Shown: piece after piece, positions 40,020 through 49,604 of the stretch
Numbering within the stretch: the first letter of the stretch is position 1
Layout: the number at the start of each line of letters is the position of its first letter
Assembly (NCBI GenBank): GCA_963822945.1
Contig: CAWGJO010000020.1
Span: forward strand, 448,001-512,000
DNA from: an uncultured Gemmatimonadaceae bacterium
GTDB lineage: Bacteria; Gemmatimonadota; Gemmatimonadetes; Gemmatimonadales; Gemmatimonadaceae
DNA length: 64,000 nucleotides
Direction of reading: 5' to 3'
Position numbers and translations under genes: made by a program
The notes under the pieces: generated by a model
The model's database searches: none
Told to the model about the DNA's origin: nothing
The model's input: only the letters and a program-made list of their open reading frames with translations

Positions 40020-41270
40020 TCAGGGATCGTATAGCAGGTACGGTCGCGTGGCCCCGGAAAATGACTTCGACTCCGCCGCGAGCCGAGGCAGCAACTGTGC
40101 CACCGTCCCCGCATCCACGGCCTTTCGCAGCGCGTCGCTCCCGGCCAGCTCGTCCATGTGCGGCAGCAGCCATTCGAAATCCGCCGGGTGGCGGCGGCGG
40201 ATGATCTGCAGCATGTACGCCGCCACCTGCACCGGCTTCACACGATCAGCATCGGTGACGGCGACGTGCAGCATCGGGATCGTCTGGCCGCCCCACTTCT
40301 GCCCGGCGGCAATGGTGCGCGACGTGGAGTCGAAGCGCACCCCACCCATGTTCAGCAAGTTCAACTCGCGGGCGATCTCACCCGCGTCGGTGAGCCACCC
40401 GGCCCCGACGAGCTGAAAGGGCGCCTCGGTGCCGCGCCCCTCGCTCAGGTTGGTGCCCTCGAAGAACACCGTGCCAGGGTAGAGCGCGAGCGCGTCTTGC
40501 GATCGCAGATTCGGCGACGGGTTCACCCAGGGAAGTCCGGTCGCGTCGTACCACATCGAGCGGTGCCACCCCTGCATGGGCACCACGTGCACGTCGGCGT
40601 GTACCTGCCCCGTCCCCACGAGATATCGGAGCAGCTCGCCCGGCGTGAGTCCATAGCGCAGCGCCACGGGATACTGCCCGACGAACGACCGGTACGCCGT
40701 GTCGAGCACGCCGCCCTCCACGCGGTCGCCGCGGATCGGGTCGGGGCGGTCGAGCACCACGAACGGCACGTGCGCCCGTCCCGCGGCATCGGCCGACAGC
40801 GCCATCGTCCAGACGTAGGTGTAGAAGCGCGCGCCGGCATCCTGGATGTCGTACAGCAACACGTCCACGCTGTCGAGCATTGCCGGCGTGGGCGCGTGCA
40901 CGGCGCCGTACAGCGAATAGATGGGCACCCCGGTCGCGGCGTCGGTGTCCGAAGCGATCTTCGTGCCGGCTTCGGCCGTGCCGCGGATGCCATGCTCCGG
41001 AGCGAACAGCGCCACGAGCTTCACCCCCGGCGCGTGGGCCAGGAGATCGATGTCGCTCCGCCCCTCCCGGTCGCGTCCGCTCTGGTTGGTGATCAGCCCG
41101 ACGCGCTTGCCGCGCACCAGCGACAGCGAATCGCGGAGCAGGACTTCGATGCCGGGTACGACGACGCCGGCGCTGTGTTGCGCCGGCGCGGTGTTGCTGC
41201 ACCCGGCCGCCGCGGCGATCACCAGCGCGGCGAGGCCGCAGCGGACGGGGAATCGAGCGTTCGAGATCAC
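40020..41270 (-). CDS. namZ: Exo-beta-N-acetylmuramidase NamZ (DUF1343) lipoprotein
   Basis: GLITNQS, FAPEHG, YSLYG, DIQDAGARFYTY and SEGRGT motifs. Confidence 0.9.
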   Translation of the reverse strand: MISNARFPVRCGLAALVIAAAAGCSNTAPAQHSAGVVVPGIEVLLRDSLSLVRGKRVGLITNQSGRDREGRSDIDLLAHAPGVKLVALFAPEHGIRGTAEAGTKIASDTDAATGVPIYSLYGAVHAPTPAMLDSVDVLLYDIQDAGARFYTYVWTMALSADAAGRAHVPFVVLDRPDPIRGDRVEGGVLDTAYRSFVGQYPVALRYGLTPGELLRYLVGTGQVHADVHVVPMQGWHRSMWYDATGLPWVNPSPNLRSQDALALYPGTVFFEGTNLSEGRGTEAPFQLVGAGWLTDAGEIARELNLLNMGGVRFDSTSRTIAAGQKWGGQTIPMLHVAVTDADRVKPVQVAAYMLQIIRRRHPADFEWLLPHMDELAGSDALRKAVDAGTVAQLLPRLAAESKSFSGATRPYLLYDP

Positions 41271-41328
41271 GACCTGATATTACGTGGATCGCGATCTCCG
41301 TGGGAGACGGTGCGGCGGAACCCTCGGC

Positions 41329-42516
41329 TCAGAACCTGATCACGCGCAGCCGCGGCGCCAGTACCACCACCGCCGGTTCCGCCGGCGGGGCAGGCGGAGC
41401 GACCCGCGCCAGCGTTGCCGCACGCACGACCACCGGCGCAACCGGCGCCGGCGGCGGAACCATGGCCGGCATCACGGGCGCGTCCGGGGGCGCCGGCGCC
41501 GCGGGCGGCTCCATCCGGATCACCGCGGGCGCCGACCCGTCGTCCATCCACCGCACGCGCGGCGACACCCGAATGTCCCGGAGCGAACGGCGCACCTGAT
41601 CCATGGCACGCTGCACGTCGTATTGCACTTCCGGCCCGATTGAGTTGAAGTCGAGCCCCGGCATCATCTGCCCCTCGTTGCCACGGAAGATGAAGGTGCT
41701 CGAGTTTCCACCCAGTTCCGACGCCTTCCCCGCCTTCAGATGGACGGTCTTGAAGCGGCCGTCGGCATAGACGTCGAGCGTCACGTCGTCGCCCGGCTTC
41801 ACCTTCCGCATCTCCCGCTGCAACCGCTGATACCGCGCGCTGGACACGTACCGGTCGCCGGCATCCTCGCGATCCACCTTGAGGTTCACGCCATTGATCG
41901 CGGCGATACGATTCCCCTCTTCGAGCCCCGCTTTCGCTGCCGGCCCGTCGTCGTTCACGCCGATGATGAGCACGCCCAGCGTGTCGCGCTTGCTCCCCGT
42001 GACGGCAAGCGACACGCCGAGCACCGCGTGGTTGTCGTCGCTCCGGCGCACGAATCCCATGGCACCGCCGTACAACTCGTCGGATTCCACCGTCTTCACG
42101 CGCACTGCCTTTACCTGCCCGTCGTGATACACCCTGAGCGACACCTCGTCGCCCGGCTTCAGCTTGCCGAGTTCGCGCGTCAGCCGGCGCGACATCGCGT
42201 CGGCCATCTCCTGATCGCCGATGTCGATGGCGGAGAGCTTGAGGTTGATGCCGTTGATCGACTGCAGGCGATCGCCTTCCTTGATTCCCGCCTTCTCCGC
42301 CGGACTGCCGGCGGCCACTTCGCTGATCCGAAGACCGAGCGTGTCCTGGGCGTCGCCGGTGGACATCGTCACGCCGATCACGGCGCGCGGCGACGATGCG
42401 GTGTTGAACGAGTATGCATAGGCGCGTGGCGCGGTGCGCACCGTGACCTGCGCGGCCGCGGGTACCGCCGCCATGGCGGCTGCCAGCGTTATGGGAATGA
42501 ACAGTGTCGTACGCAT
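41329..42516 (-). CDS. Secreted tandem-PDZ protein with Pro/Ala tail
   Basis: Two GSPAEKAGI/GPAAKAGL..INGxNL repeats; signal peptide; no protease domain. Confidence 0.85.
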   Translation of the reverse strand: MRTTLFIPITLAAAMAAVPAAAQVTVRTAPRAYAYSFNTASSPRAVIGVTMSTGDAQDTLGLRISEVAAGSPAEKAGIKEGDRLQSINGINLKLSAIDIGDQEMADAMSRRLTRELGKLKPGDEVSLRVYHDGQVKAVRVKTVESDELYGGAMGFVRRSDDNHAVLGVSLAVTGSKRDTLGVLIIGVNDDGPAAKAGLEEGNRIAAINGVNLKVDREDAGDRYVSSARYQRLQREMRKVKPGDDVTLDVYADGRFKTVHLKAGKASELGGNSSTFIFRGNEGQMMPGLDFNSIGPEVQYDVQRAMDQVRRSLRDIRVSPRVRWMDDGSAPAVIRMEPPAAPAPPDAPVMPAMVPPPAPVAPVVVRAATLARVAPPAPPAEPAVVVLAPRLRVIRF

Positions 42517-42610
42517 GATTCCTCGACTTGCAGGGGGTGGTCGCCTGATGAGTCACGACGGCGCCGCTGGATGGTTTACTCACACCGCAGGAGACCCGCA
42601 GATCGGACCC

Positions 42611-42650
42611 TCCTACCGGCCTACCGACCTACCGACTCACCGACCTACCA
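42611..42650 (+). repeat. Degenerate octamer repeat (ACCTACCG-like) x5
   Basis: TCCTACCG GCCTACCG ACCTACCG ACTCACCG ACCTACCA, 30 nt before the ATG at 42681. Confidence 0.85.
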
Positions 42651-42680
42651 TCGTTCTCTCATCAGACCATATTTCTCCCC

Positions 42681-43814
42681 ATGAACACCTCCCCCTCACA
42701 GGCCAACGTCGACCTCGACGCCTTTCACGAACACTGGCAGGACGAGGCCGACGCGGCGTTCCTCTACCGCGTGCTGGCCGGGTTCGAGCACGACGAGAAG
42801 AAGAAGCACATCTATCTGGAACTGGCAGAAGTCGAGGACCGGCACACGAAGATCTGGGCGGCGCTGCTCGCCGAGGGTGGCCGGCCAGTGGGCCCGTTCC
42901 GCCCCACGGCGCGTACGCGCCTGCTGGCCACGCTCGGCCGGTGGCTCGGCCCCGGATTCCTGCTTCCGATGCTGCTGGCGGAAGAGGGGCGCGAGGTCAA
43001 AGGCTATCTGAACATGCACCGCGGCACCGCGGTGGGCGCCCCGGGCAAGGACGAGTCGCTCACTCTGGCGCGCGAGTCCGCCGAGCACGCCAGCACGCTC
43101 GGCTCTCTGGCCGGCCGCGAGGGCGAGCCCTGGCACCGCGCCGAATCGGGCGGCTTCCTGCGCAACGTGGTCTACGGATTCAACGACGGGCTCACCGCCA
43201 ACTTCGGACTCGTGGCCGGCGTCATCGGCGCCTCGGCGCTGAACCAGGCGCACGCCGTGATCGTGGCCGGCGTGGCCGGGCTGATCGCCGACTCGCTCTC
43301 CATGGGATCGAGCGGCTACCTGGCGGCCAAGAGCGAACAGGAAGTCTACGCCCATGAGATCGCGATGGAGCGCGACGAGATCGCGCTCATGCCCGAGGTG
43401 GAACGCGACGAACTGGCGCTGATCTACCAGGCCAAGGGCATGGACGCCGACTCCGCCCACACGCTGGCCACCGAGGTCATGGCCGATCCGCAGCGCATGC
43501 TCGACGAGCAGGTGCAGGAAGAACTCGGAATCGGCGACCAGTCCATGTCCCCGCTGCGCGAGGGATGGGTCACGGGGACGGCCACGGCCATCGGCGCGTT
43601 CATTCCGGTGGCGCCCTTCCTCTTCTGGTCGGGCACCACCGCCATCGTCCTCTCCTTCTCCCTCTCCATGCTCTCCCACTGGCTGGTGGGCGCGGCGCGG
43701 TCGGTGTTCACCGGCCGCAGCGTCTTCCGGTCGGGACTCGACATGTTCGTGGTGGGGCTCGGTGTGGCCGCTGCGGGGTATCTGGTGGGAGATTGGATCG
43801 CCCGTCTCCTCTGA
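42681..43814 (+). CDS. VIT1/CCC1 transporter with N-terminal ferritin/rubrerythrin-like domain
   Basis: ExxH motifs (EDRH, EH), LRNVVYGFNDGL and SMGSSGYL. Confidence 0.88.
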   Translation: MNTSPSQANVDLDAFHEHWQDEADAAFLYRVLAGFEHDEKKKHIYLELAEVEDRHTKIWAALLAEGGRPVGPFRPTARTRLLATLGRWLGPGFLLPMLLAEEGREVKGYLNMHRGTAVGAPGKDESLTLARESAEHASTLGSLAGREGEPWHRAESGGFLRNVVYGFNDGLTANFGLVAGVIGASALNQAHAVIVAGVAGLIADSLSMGSSGYLAAKSEQEVYAHEIAMERDEIALMPEVERDELALIYQAKGMDADSAHTLATEVMADPQRMLDEQVQEELGIGDQSMSPLREGWVTGTATAIGAFIPVAPFLFWSGTTAIVLSFSLSMLSHWLVGAARSVFTGRSVFRSGLDMFVVGLGVAAAGYLVGDWIARLL

Positions 43815-43836
43815 CACCACACACTACATTGGACTC

Positions 43837-44349
43837 ATGACACGTCTCGGAACCATCGCCGCACTCCTCGCGCTCTCTGCCACCCCCGTGCTCGCCCAGG
43901 GCGGTCTCTCCGCCGGACACCTCGGCGCGGCGGTCGGCATCAGCTTTCCCACCGGGGCCCTGGCCCGCACGCACGCATCGGGGTTCAACCTGGGCGGCAT
44001 CGCGGAATACGAGGCGCCCGGCCAGGCGATGGGCATTCGCGGCGAGGTGTTTTACGAACGGTTCGGCGGCAAGACTACCGTCTCCGGAGCGCGGGCGGTG
44101 CAGACCACCGCCGGCATCATCGACGCGATCTACCACGTTCCCGGCTCGGCGTTGAACGCGTACTTTATCGGCGGCATGGGCGTCTACAACGTCACCGGCA
44201 ACGGCACCAACCCCGGGTTCAACGGCGGCATCGGGATCCGCATTCCACTCACCGGAATGACGGCGTACTTTGAAGCGCGGCTCCACAAGGTACTCACCAC
44301 CAACAGCTCCTACCTTTCCTTGCCCGTCACCTTCGGGCTGAGCTTCTAG
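43837..44349 (+). CDS. Small outer-membrane beta-barrel protein
   Basis: Signal peptide, amphipathic strands, YFIGGMG, C-terminal Phe. Confidence 0.75.
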   Translation: MTRLGTIAALLALSATPVLAQGGLSAGHLGAAVGISFPTGALARTHASGFNLGGIAEYEAPGQAMGIRGEVFYERFGGKTTVSGARAVQTTAGIIDAIYHVPGSALNAYFIGGMGVYNVTGNGTNPGFNGGIGIRIPLTGMTAYFEARLHKVLTTNSSYLSLPVTFGLSF

Positions 44350-44359
44350 TCCACGACCA

Positions 44360-45100
44360 ATGGCCTCCAGCCAATCCGGCACCCCCGCCCCGACACTGAC
44401 CAAGCACGGCATCCACGTCTGGCACGCCACGCTCGCCGCCACACCGGAGAATCTGGCCGACGCGGAGAAGTTGCTGCCCGAGACGGAGCGCGAGAAGACG
44501 GCGCTCGTCACGAGCCAGGCGCAGCGGGCGCGCCTCACACTGTCGCGCGCCTGGGTGCGCGGCATCCTCTCCAGGTACCTGAGCCTGCCGGCGCCCGATA
44601 TCACGATCCGCCGCTCGCCCAAGGGAAAGCCGCAGGTGGTGGCCGACGGCGAGACGGAAGCCCCGATCCAGTTCAGCGTCTCGCACTCCGCCGATCACAT
44701 GCTCGTCGCCGTGACCCGATCCGACGACGTGGGGGTGGACCTCGAGCGGATGACGCGGCTGGCCGACGTGGAGCGCATCGCCGCCCGCTTCTTCGCACGC
44801 GGCGAGCACGATGCGCTGCTCGCCCTGCCGGCGGCGGAGCGCGCCGACGCCTTCTTCCGCGCCTGGGTGCGCAAGGAGTCGGTGGTCAAGGCGCTCGGCA
44901 CCGGCATCGCCACGGCGTTCGACGCCTTCAGCGTGCCGCTGGGCAAGGATGTGCAGCACGAGGTGGACGTCACCGGCATTACCGGCGTCGACCGGCAGCG
45001 CCTGTGGGTTCGGCTCCTCGACATCGGCCGCGTGGACTACCTGGCCGCCGTGGCGTACGCGCACCCCGACTCGAAGGTCGAGTACGCGGAGTGGGAATGA
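44360..45100 (+). CDS. Sfp-type 4'-phosphopantetheinyl transferase
   Basis: GKP, FSVSHS, VGVDLE and WVRKESVVKALG motifs. Confidence 0.92.
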   Translation: MASSQSGTPAPTLTKHGIHVWHATLAATPENLADAEKLLPETEREKTALVTSQAQRARLTLSRAWVRGILSRYLSLPAPDITIRRSPKGKPQVVADGETEAPIQFSVSHSADHMLVAVTRSDDVGVDLERMTRLADVERIAARFFARGEHDALLALPAAERADAFFRAWVRKESVVKALGTGIATAFDAFSVPLGKDVQHEVDVTGITGVDRQRLWVRLLDIGRVDYLAAVAYAHPDSKVEYAEWE

Positions 45101-45102
45101 CC

Positions 45103-45192
45103 GGTAGGCAGTGAGCAGTCGGCAGCACGCCGCTCACCGGCGGCTGCCAACCAACGACCGACGACTCACCGCGCCCGACGGGCCACCGACCG
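45103..45192. repeat. Degenerate period-7 repeats between convergent genes
   Basis: GGTAGGC AGTGAGC AGTCGGC ... ACCAACG ACCGACG ACTCACC. Confidence 0.45.
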
Positions 45193-47700
45193 TCACACGA
45201 CCAGATTGAGCAGCCTGTTCTTCACGTAGATCACCTTCTTCGGCGATCCCGTGACGAACTTCGCGATCGTCGGCTCCGCCATCGCAGCCTCGAGCACCGC
45301 GGGTTGCTCGGCGTCCTTGGGCACCTGCACGGTGCCGCGCGTGCGGCCGTTCACCTGCACCGCCACCGTCACCGACTCCTCGGCGGCCATCGCAGCGTCG
45401 AATGCCGGCCAACCGTCGTCGAAGATGCTGTGCTCGTGGCCGAGCGTTTCCCAGAGTTCCTCGGCGGCGTGCGGCGCGAAGGGCGCCACCAGTTGCACCA
45501 GCGGTTCTACTTCATCCACGTGGGGCTTCCGCTCGTGCGCCCGGAGCACGTTCACGTACTCCATCATCGCCGCGATCGCCGTGTTGTAACTGAGCGACGG
45601 CACGTCGTCGGTCACCTTGCGAATCGTCTGGTGCAGCTTGCGCATCACCGCCGTCTCGGGTTCGCCGTCGCGCGTCGCCTCGTGCGCCGAGGCCCACACC
45701 CGGTCGAGGAAGCGCCGGACGCCCGAGATGCTCTGATCGCGGAAGTCCCCGCCCTCCTCGTACGGACCCAGGAACATCAGGTACGTGCGGAACGCGTCGG
45801 CGCCCCACTTCTCGACGTACTCGTCGGGGTTCACCACGTTGCCGCGGCTCTTCGACATCTTGGCGCCTTCGCGGATGATGGTGCCGTGCGCGCGGAAGCG
45901 CGTGAACGGCTCCTCGAAGCCGAGCAGCCCGGCGTCATGCAGCACCATCGTGATGAACCGCGAGTACAGCAGGTGCAGCACGGCGTGCTCGTTGCCGCCG
46001 ATGTACGAATTCACCGGCAGCCAGCGCTTCGTGATGGCCGGGTCGAACGCCACGTCGTCGCGGTCGGCGCTGGGGTACCGCAGGAAGTACCACGAGCTGT
46101 CGAGGAAGGTATCCGACACGTCGGTTTCGCGGCGCGCCGGCTTGCCGCACTTCGGGCACGGCACGCGGTACCAGGCCTCGTCGCGCGCCAGCGGCGAGAT
46201 CCCCGAGTCGTCGGGCTTGAAATCCTCCAGCGGCGGCAGCACCACGGGCAGGTCCTGCTCGGGCACCGGCACCGGTCCGCAGGCGTCGCAGTAGACGATC
46301 GGGATCGGCGGCCCCCAGTAGCGCTGCCGCGAGATGCACCAGTCGTGCAGCCGGTAGTTGACCACCGGCTTCGCCGAGCCGCGCTCGGCCAGCCACGTCA
46401 CGATGGCGTGCTTGGCCTCGGGCACGGTGAGTCCGTTGAACTGTCCGGAATTCACCATCACCCCGTTCACGTTGTCGGTGAACGCGGCGTCCGTGGGCGG
46501 CGCGGTGTCGTGGACGTCCGTCCCCACCACACGCGGCGTCGGCAGCCCGAACTTGCGCGCGAACTCGAAGTCACGCTCGTCGTGTCCCGGCACGGCCATG
46601 ATCGCGCCCGTGCCGTATTCCATGAGCACGTAATCGGCGATCCAGATCTGCATCGGCGCGCCGGTGGCCGGATTCACCGCGTAGGCGCCGGTGAACACAC
46701 CGGTCTTCTCCTTGTTCACCTTGCGGGTCACGATGTCCTGCTTTGCCGCCGCGGCGCGGTACTCCTCCACGGCGGTGCGCTGCTCGTCGGTGGTGAGCTG
46801 GTCCACCAGCGGGTGTTCCGGCGCCACGACCAGGAACGTCGCGCCGAAGATCGTGTCGGCACGCGTCGTGAACACCGTGATGTCCACCGGCTCGGCCGTC
46901 ACCTCACCGCTGATGCCGCCGCCGCTCGCCGTCGCACTGCCCGCGAATTCCATCAGGTCCTGCACACGGAACGACAGCTCGGCGCCCTCCGACTTGCCGA
47001 TCCAGTTCCGCTGCGCCGTCTTCGTGCTCTCCGACCAGTCGAGCGTGTCGAGGTTGTCGAGCAGGCGCCCCGCGTAGTCGGTGATGCGGAAGAACCACTG
47101 CTCCAGGAACCGCTGCTCCACCTGGTTGCCGCAGCGTTCGCAGGCTCCGTTGATCACCTGCTCGTTGGCCAGCACCGTCTTGTCGAACGGACACCAGTTC
47201 ACGGCGCCCTTCTTCTTGTACGCGAGCCCGCGGTGGTAGAGCTGCAGGAAGAGCCACTGCGTCCACTTGTAGTACGACGGGTCGGTGGTGGAGAGTTCGT
47301 AGCGCCAGTCCACCATCAGGCCGGAGCGCCGGAGCTGCCGGCGGAAGTTGGCGATGTTCCGCGGAATCAGCTCGGTGGGATGCACGCCCACCTTGAGCGC
47401 GTAGTTCTCCGAGTGGATCCCGAACGCATCGTACCCCAGCGGTTCGAACACCGTATGGCCGCGCATGCGCTGGTAGCGGCCGTGGATGTCGTTGCCGGTG
47501 AACGCGAACAGGTTCCCCACGTGCAGCCCTTCGGCCGACGGATAGGGGAACATCATGAGCGTGTAGTACGGACGCGGCCCCGAGAGATCGGTGTGATTGG
47601 TGCCGCGCTCGTCCCAGCGCGCCTGCCACTTCCGTTCAACGACGGAAGGGTCGTACGCGGCCGGGAGTTCGGCCGTGGGCGGAGTATTCGTGTCTGTCAT
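45193..47700 (-). CDS. leuS: Leucine--tRNA ligase
   Basis: MFPYPS..LHVGN, GTGAIMAVPGHDERD editing motif, DWCISRQRYWG and KMSKS. Confidence 0.97.
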   Translation of the reverse strand: MTDTNTPPTAELPAAYDPSVVERKWQARWDERGTNHTDLSGPRPYYTLMMFPYPSAEGLHVGNLFAFTGNDIHGRYQRMRGHTVFEPLGYDAFGIHSENYALKVGVHPTELIPRNIANFRRQLRRSGLMVDWRYELSTTDPSYYKWTQWLFLQLYHRGLAYKKKGAVNWCPFDKTVLANEQVINGACERCGNQVEQRFLEQWFFRITDYAGRLLDNLDTLDWSESTKTAQRNWIGKSEGAELSFRVQDLMEFAGSATASGGGISGEVTAEPVDITVFTTRADTIFGATFLVVAPEHPLVDQLTTDEQRTAVEEYRAAAAKQDIVTRKVNKEKTGVFTGAYAVNPATGAPMQIWIADYVLMEYGTGAIMAVPGHDERDFEFARKFGLPTPRVVGTDVHDTAPPTDAAFTDNVNGVMVNSGQFNGLTVPEAKHAIVTWLAERGSAKPVVNYRLHDWCISRQRYWGPPIPIVYCDACGPVPVPEQDLPVVLPPLEDFKPDDSGISPLARDEAWYRVPCPKCGKPARRETDVSDTFLDSSWYFLRYPSADRDDVAFDPAITKRWLPVNSYIGGNEHAVLHLLYSRFITMVLHDAGLLGFEEPFTRFRAHGTIIREGAKMSKSRGNVVNPDEYVEKWGADAFRTYLMFLGPYEEGGDFRDQSISGVRRFLDRVWASAHEATRDGEPETAVMRKLHQTIRKVTDDVPSLSYNTAIAAMMEYVNVLRAHERKPHVDEVEPLVQLVAPFAPHAAEELWETLGHEHSIFDDGWPAFDAAMAAEESVTVAVQVNGRTRGTVQVPKDAEQPAVLEAAMAEPTIAKFVTGSPKKVIYVKNRLLNLVV

Positions 47701-47864
47701 GCGATCGGGGTGGCGCGTCCCGGACCGGCGGAAACTGGTCCCGCCCGGCGCCTGAAGGCGATTGCCTGGTGTTTCCGGAATTTACTTGGCCCCAGAGGGC
47801 AAACAAGCCAGATTCCGGGGCGGTGCCCGGCGCGGGGTACCGTCCGCTCATCCTGCCCGCTCCG

Positions 47865-49601
47865 ATGCCTCCCTCCGTTCCGCCCTCTCCTTCGCCGCCA
47901 GCCCCTGCACCGCGATCGCCAGCGTCGGGCCCCACGCTCGGCATGCGTCTGGTGCCCTTGTCCGCGGTGGTGGCCGTGCTCATCCTCGTCCCCCTGAGCA
48001 TGGTGGGCAACCACCAGCTCACGCGGTCGTTTCGCGCCCAGGCCGACGCCCGGCTGGAAACCGTGGCCAGGCAGTACGCCGCACTCGCCAGGATGGCCCT
48101 TGCCGCGCGTCCGGATGCCGCGGCGATCGTCACTCCGGACTCGACGCTGCGCGCCACCCTCACCACCCTGTTCGCCACCAACGCGGGGTCCGGCCCCGCC
48201 ATCGATCTGATCGATTCGTCGGGACATCCGTTGATCAACGCCTCCGGATCGGCCGCCGACCAACTTTCGTCGCTCGCCGCAGCCGTTCGGACGGGCACCG
48301 ACTCGGTGTTCAGCTTCGCCACCCCGGACGGCCCCGAGCGCGGGGCGCGGGCTTCCATCAACCGCGGCCGCTGGGTGGTGCTGGCGCACGAATCCACGCA
48401 GGCCGCCGACGCCGGCCTGCGCCAGGTGCGCGCCGCGTTCGTCGTCCTCGCCGCCTTCCTGTTCCTGGTCATGGTGGCCGTCGGTTACGCCGTGGACCGG
48501 CTGGTGAATCAGCGTATCCGCCGCCCCGCCATGCAGCTCGCGGCCCTCGCCGAATCGATCGCCGACGGGAATCTCACCGTGGAGATCGGCAAGGTGGATT
48601 CCACCGATGAGATCGAACGCCTGGCTCGCGCGCTCTCCACCATGGTGAACGATCTTCGTCGCCTGGCCCGCGCGCTCACGCGTTCAGCCGACGACACCTC
48701 GACCATGTCCACCCAGATCACGGCGAGTTCCGAGCAGATGTCGAGCTCGGCGGCGCAGATCGCGCAGACGGCGAGCGATCTCAGCGCCGAGTCGGGGACG
48801 ATGGCGGTGTCCATTCAGGAACTGTCGGCGTCGGCCACGCAGCTCGCGCCCCTGGCCGAACGCATGAGCGCCGGCGCTCAGGACGGCGTGGCGCGCAACG
48901 CCCGCCTGCGTGACCTCGCTCGCGAGAATCGTCGCCTGATGGACGACAGCACGGCGGCCCTGGCGACCCTGGCGGCCGACGTGGAAGCGGGCGCTGCCTC
49001 GGTGCGTCAGCTCGTCGACGCCTCGCAGGAGATCCGAACCTTCGTCAATCTCGTGCAGTCGCTCGCCCGCAACTCCAAGCTGCTCGCCCTCAACGCGGCC
49101 ATGGAAGCCGCCCGGGCCGGCGATCAGGGCGAGGGCTTTTCCGTGGTCGCCGCCGAGGTGCGGCGGCTCTCCGCCATGTCGTCCCAGGCCGCCGAGCGGA
49201 CGCAGCAGGTCGTGGCCGGCGTGCTGGCCGGCGTCGAAGCGTCGAGCCAGAACACGGAGCAGATGGCCGCCACCGCCCGCGCCGTACAGCGCGCCACCGA
49301 ACAGGGCTCGGCGTCCTTCGTGCAGCTCGAGGCCAGCGTCGCCGAACTCGAGACCTGGACCACCTCCATCGAGCGGACCGCCACCGGCGCCAATGCGCTC
49401 GTGGGCGACATGACCGGACGGCTGGCCGCAGTCGCTCGCAGCACGGAGACCTTCGCGGCCGCGATGCAGCAGGTGGCGGCGGCCAGTGAACAGCAGAGCG
49501 CCAGCACCCAGGAGATCGCCGCCGCCGCGCAGACCATGGCCCACGCCGCCGAGCGCGTGTCGTCGCTCGTGGCCAACCTCCGGGTGGGCGAGGCGCGCTG
49601 A
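47865..49601 (+). CDS. Methyl-accepting chemotaxis protein
   Basis: Two TM segments, HAMP, LLALNAAMEAARAGDQGEGFSVVAAEVRRL. Start uncertain. Confidence 0.92.
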   Translation: MPPSVPPSPSPPAPAPRSPASGPTLGMRLVPLSAVVAVLILVPLSMVGNHQLTRSFRAQADARLETVARQYAALARMALAARPDAAAIVTPDSTLRATLTTLFATNAGSGPAIDLIDSSGHPLINASGSAADQLSSLAAAVRTGTDSVFSFATPDGPERGARASINRGRWVVLAHESTQAADAGLRQVRAAFVVLAAFLFLVMVAVGYAVDRLVNQRIRRPAMQLAALAESIADGNLTVEIGKVDSTDEIERLARALSTMVNDLRRLARALTRSADDTSTMSTQITASSEQMSSSAAQIAQTASDLSAESGTMAVSIQELSASATQLAPLAERMSAGAQDGVARNARLRDLARENRRLMDDSTAALATLAADVEAGAASVRQLVDASQEIRTFVNLVQSLARNSKLLALNAAMEAARAGDQGEGFSVVAAEVRRLSAMSSQAAERTQQVVAGVLAGVEASSQNTEQMAATARAVQRATEQGSASFVQLEASVAELETWTTSIERTATGANALVGDMTGRLAAVARSTETFAAAMQQVAAASEQQSASTQEIAAAAQTMAHAAERVSSLVANLRVGEAR

Positions 49602-49604
49602 GGT

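Noticed and set aside
47701..47864. T-box riboswitch before leuS
   Set aside because: Short divergent intergenic region with no T-box consensus seen.
45304..47997. Long antisense and alternate-frame ORFs (also 5195-7828, 25507-28134, 61987-63966)
   Set aside because: Shadow ORFs of real genes, expected in high-GC DNA; Arg/Ala/Gly-rich with no motifs.
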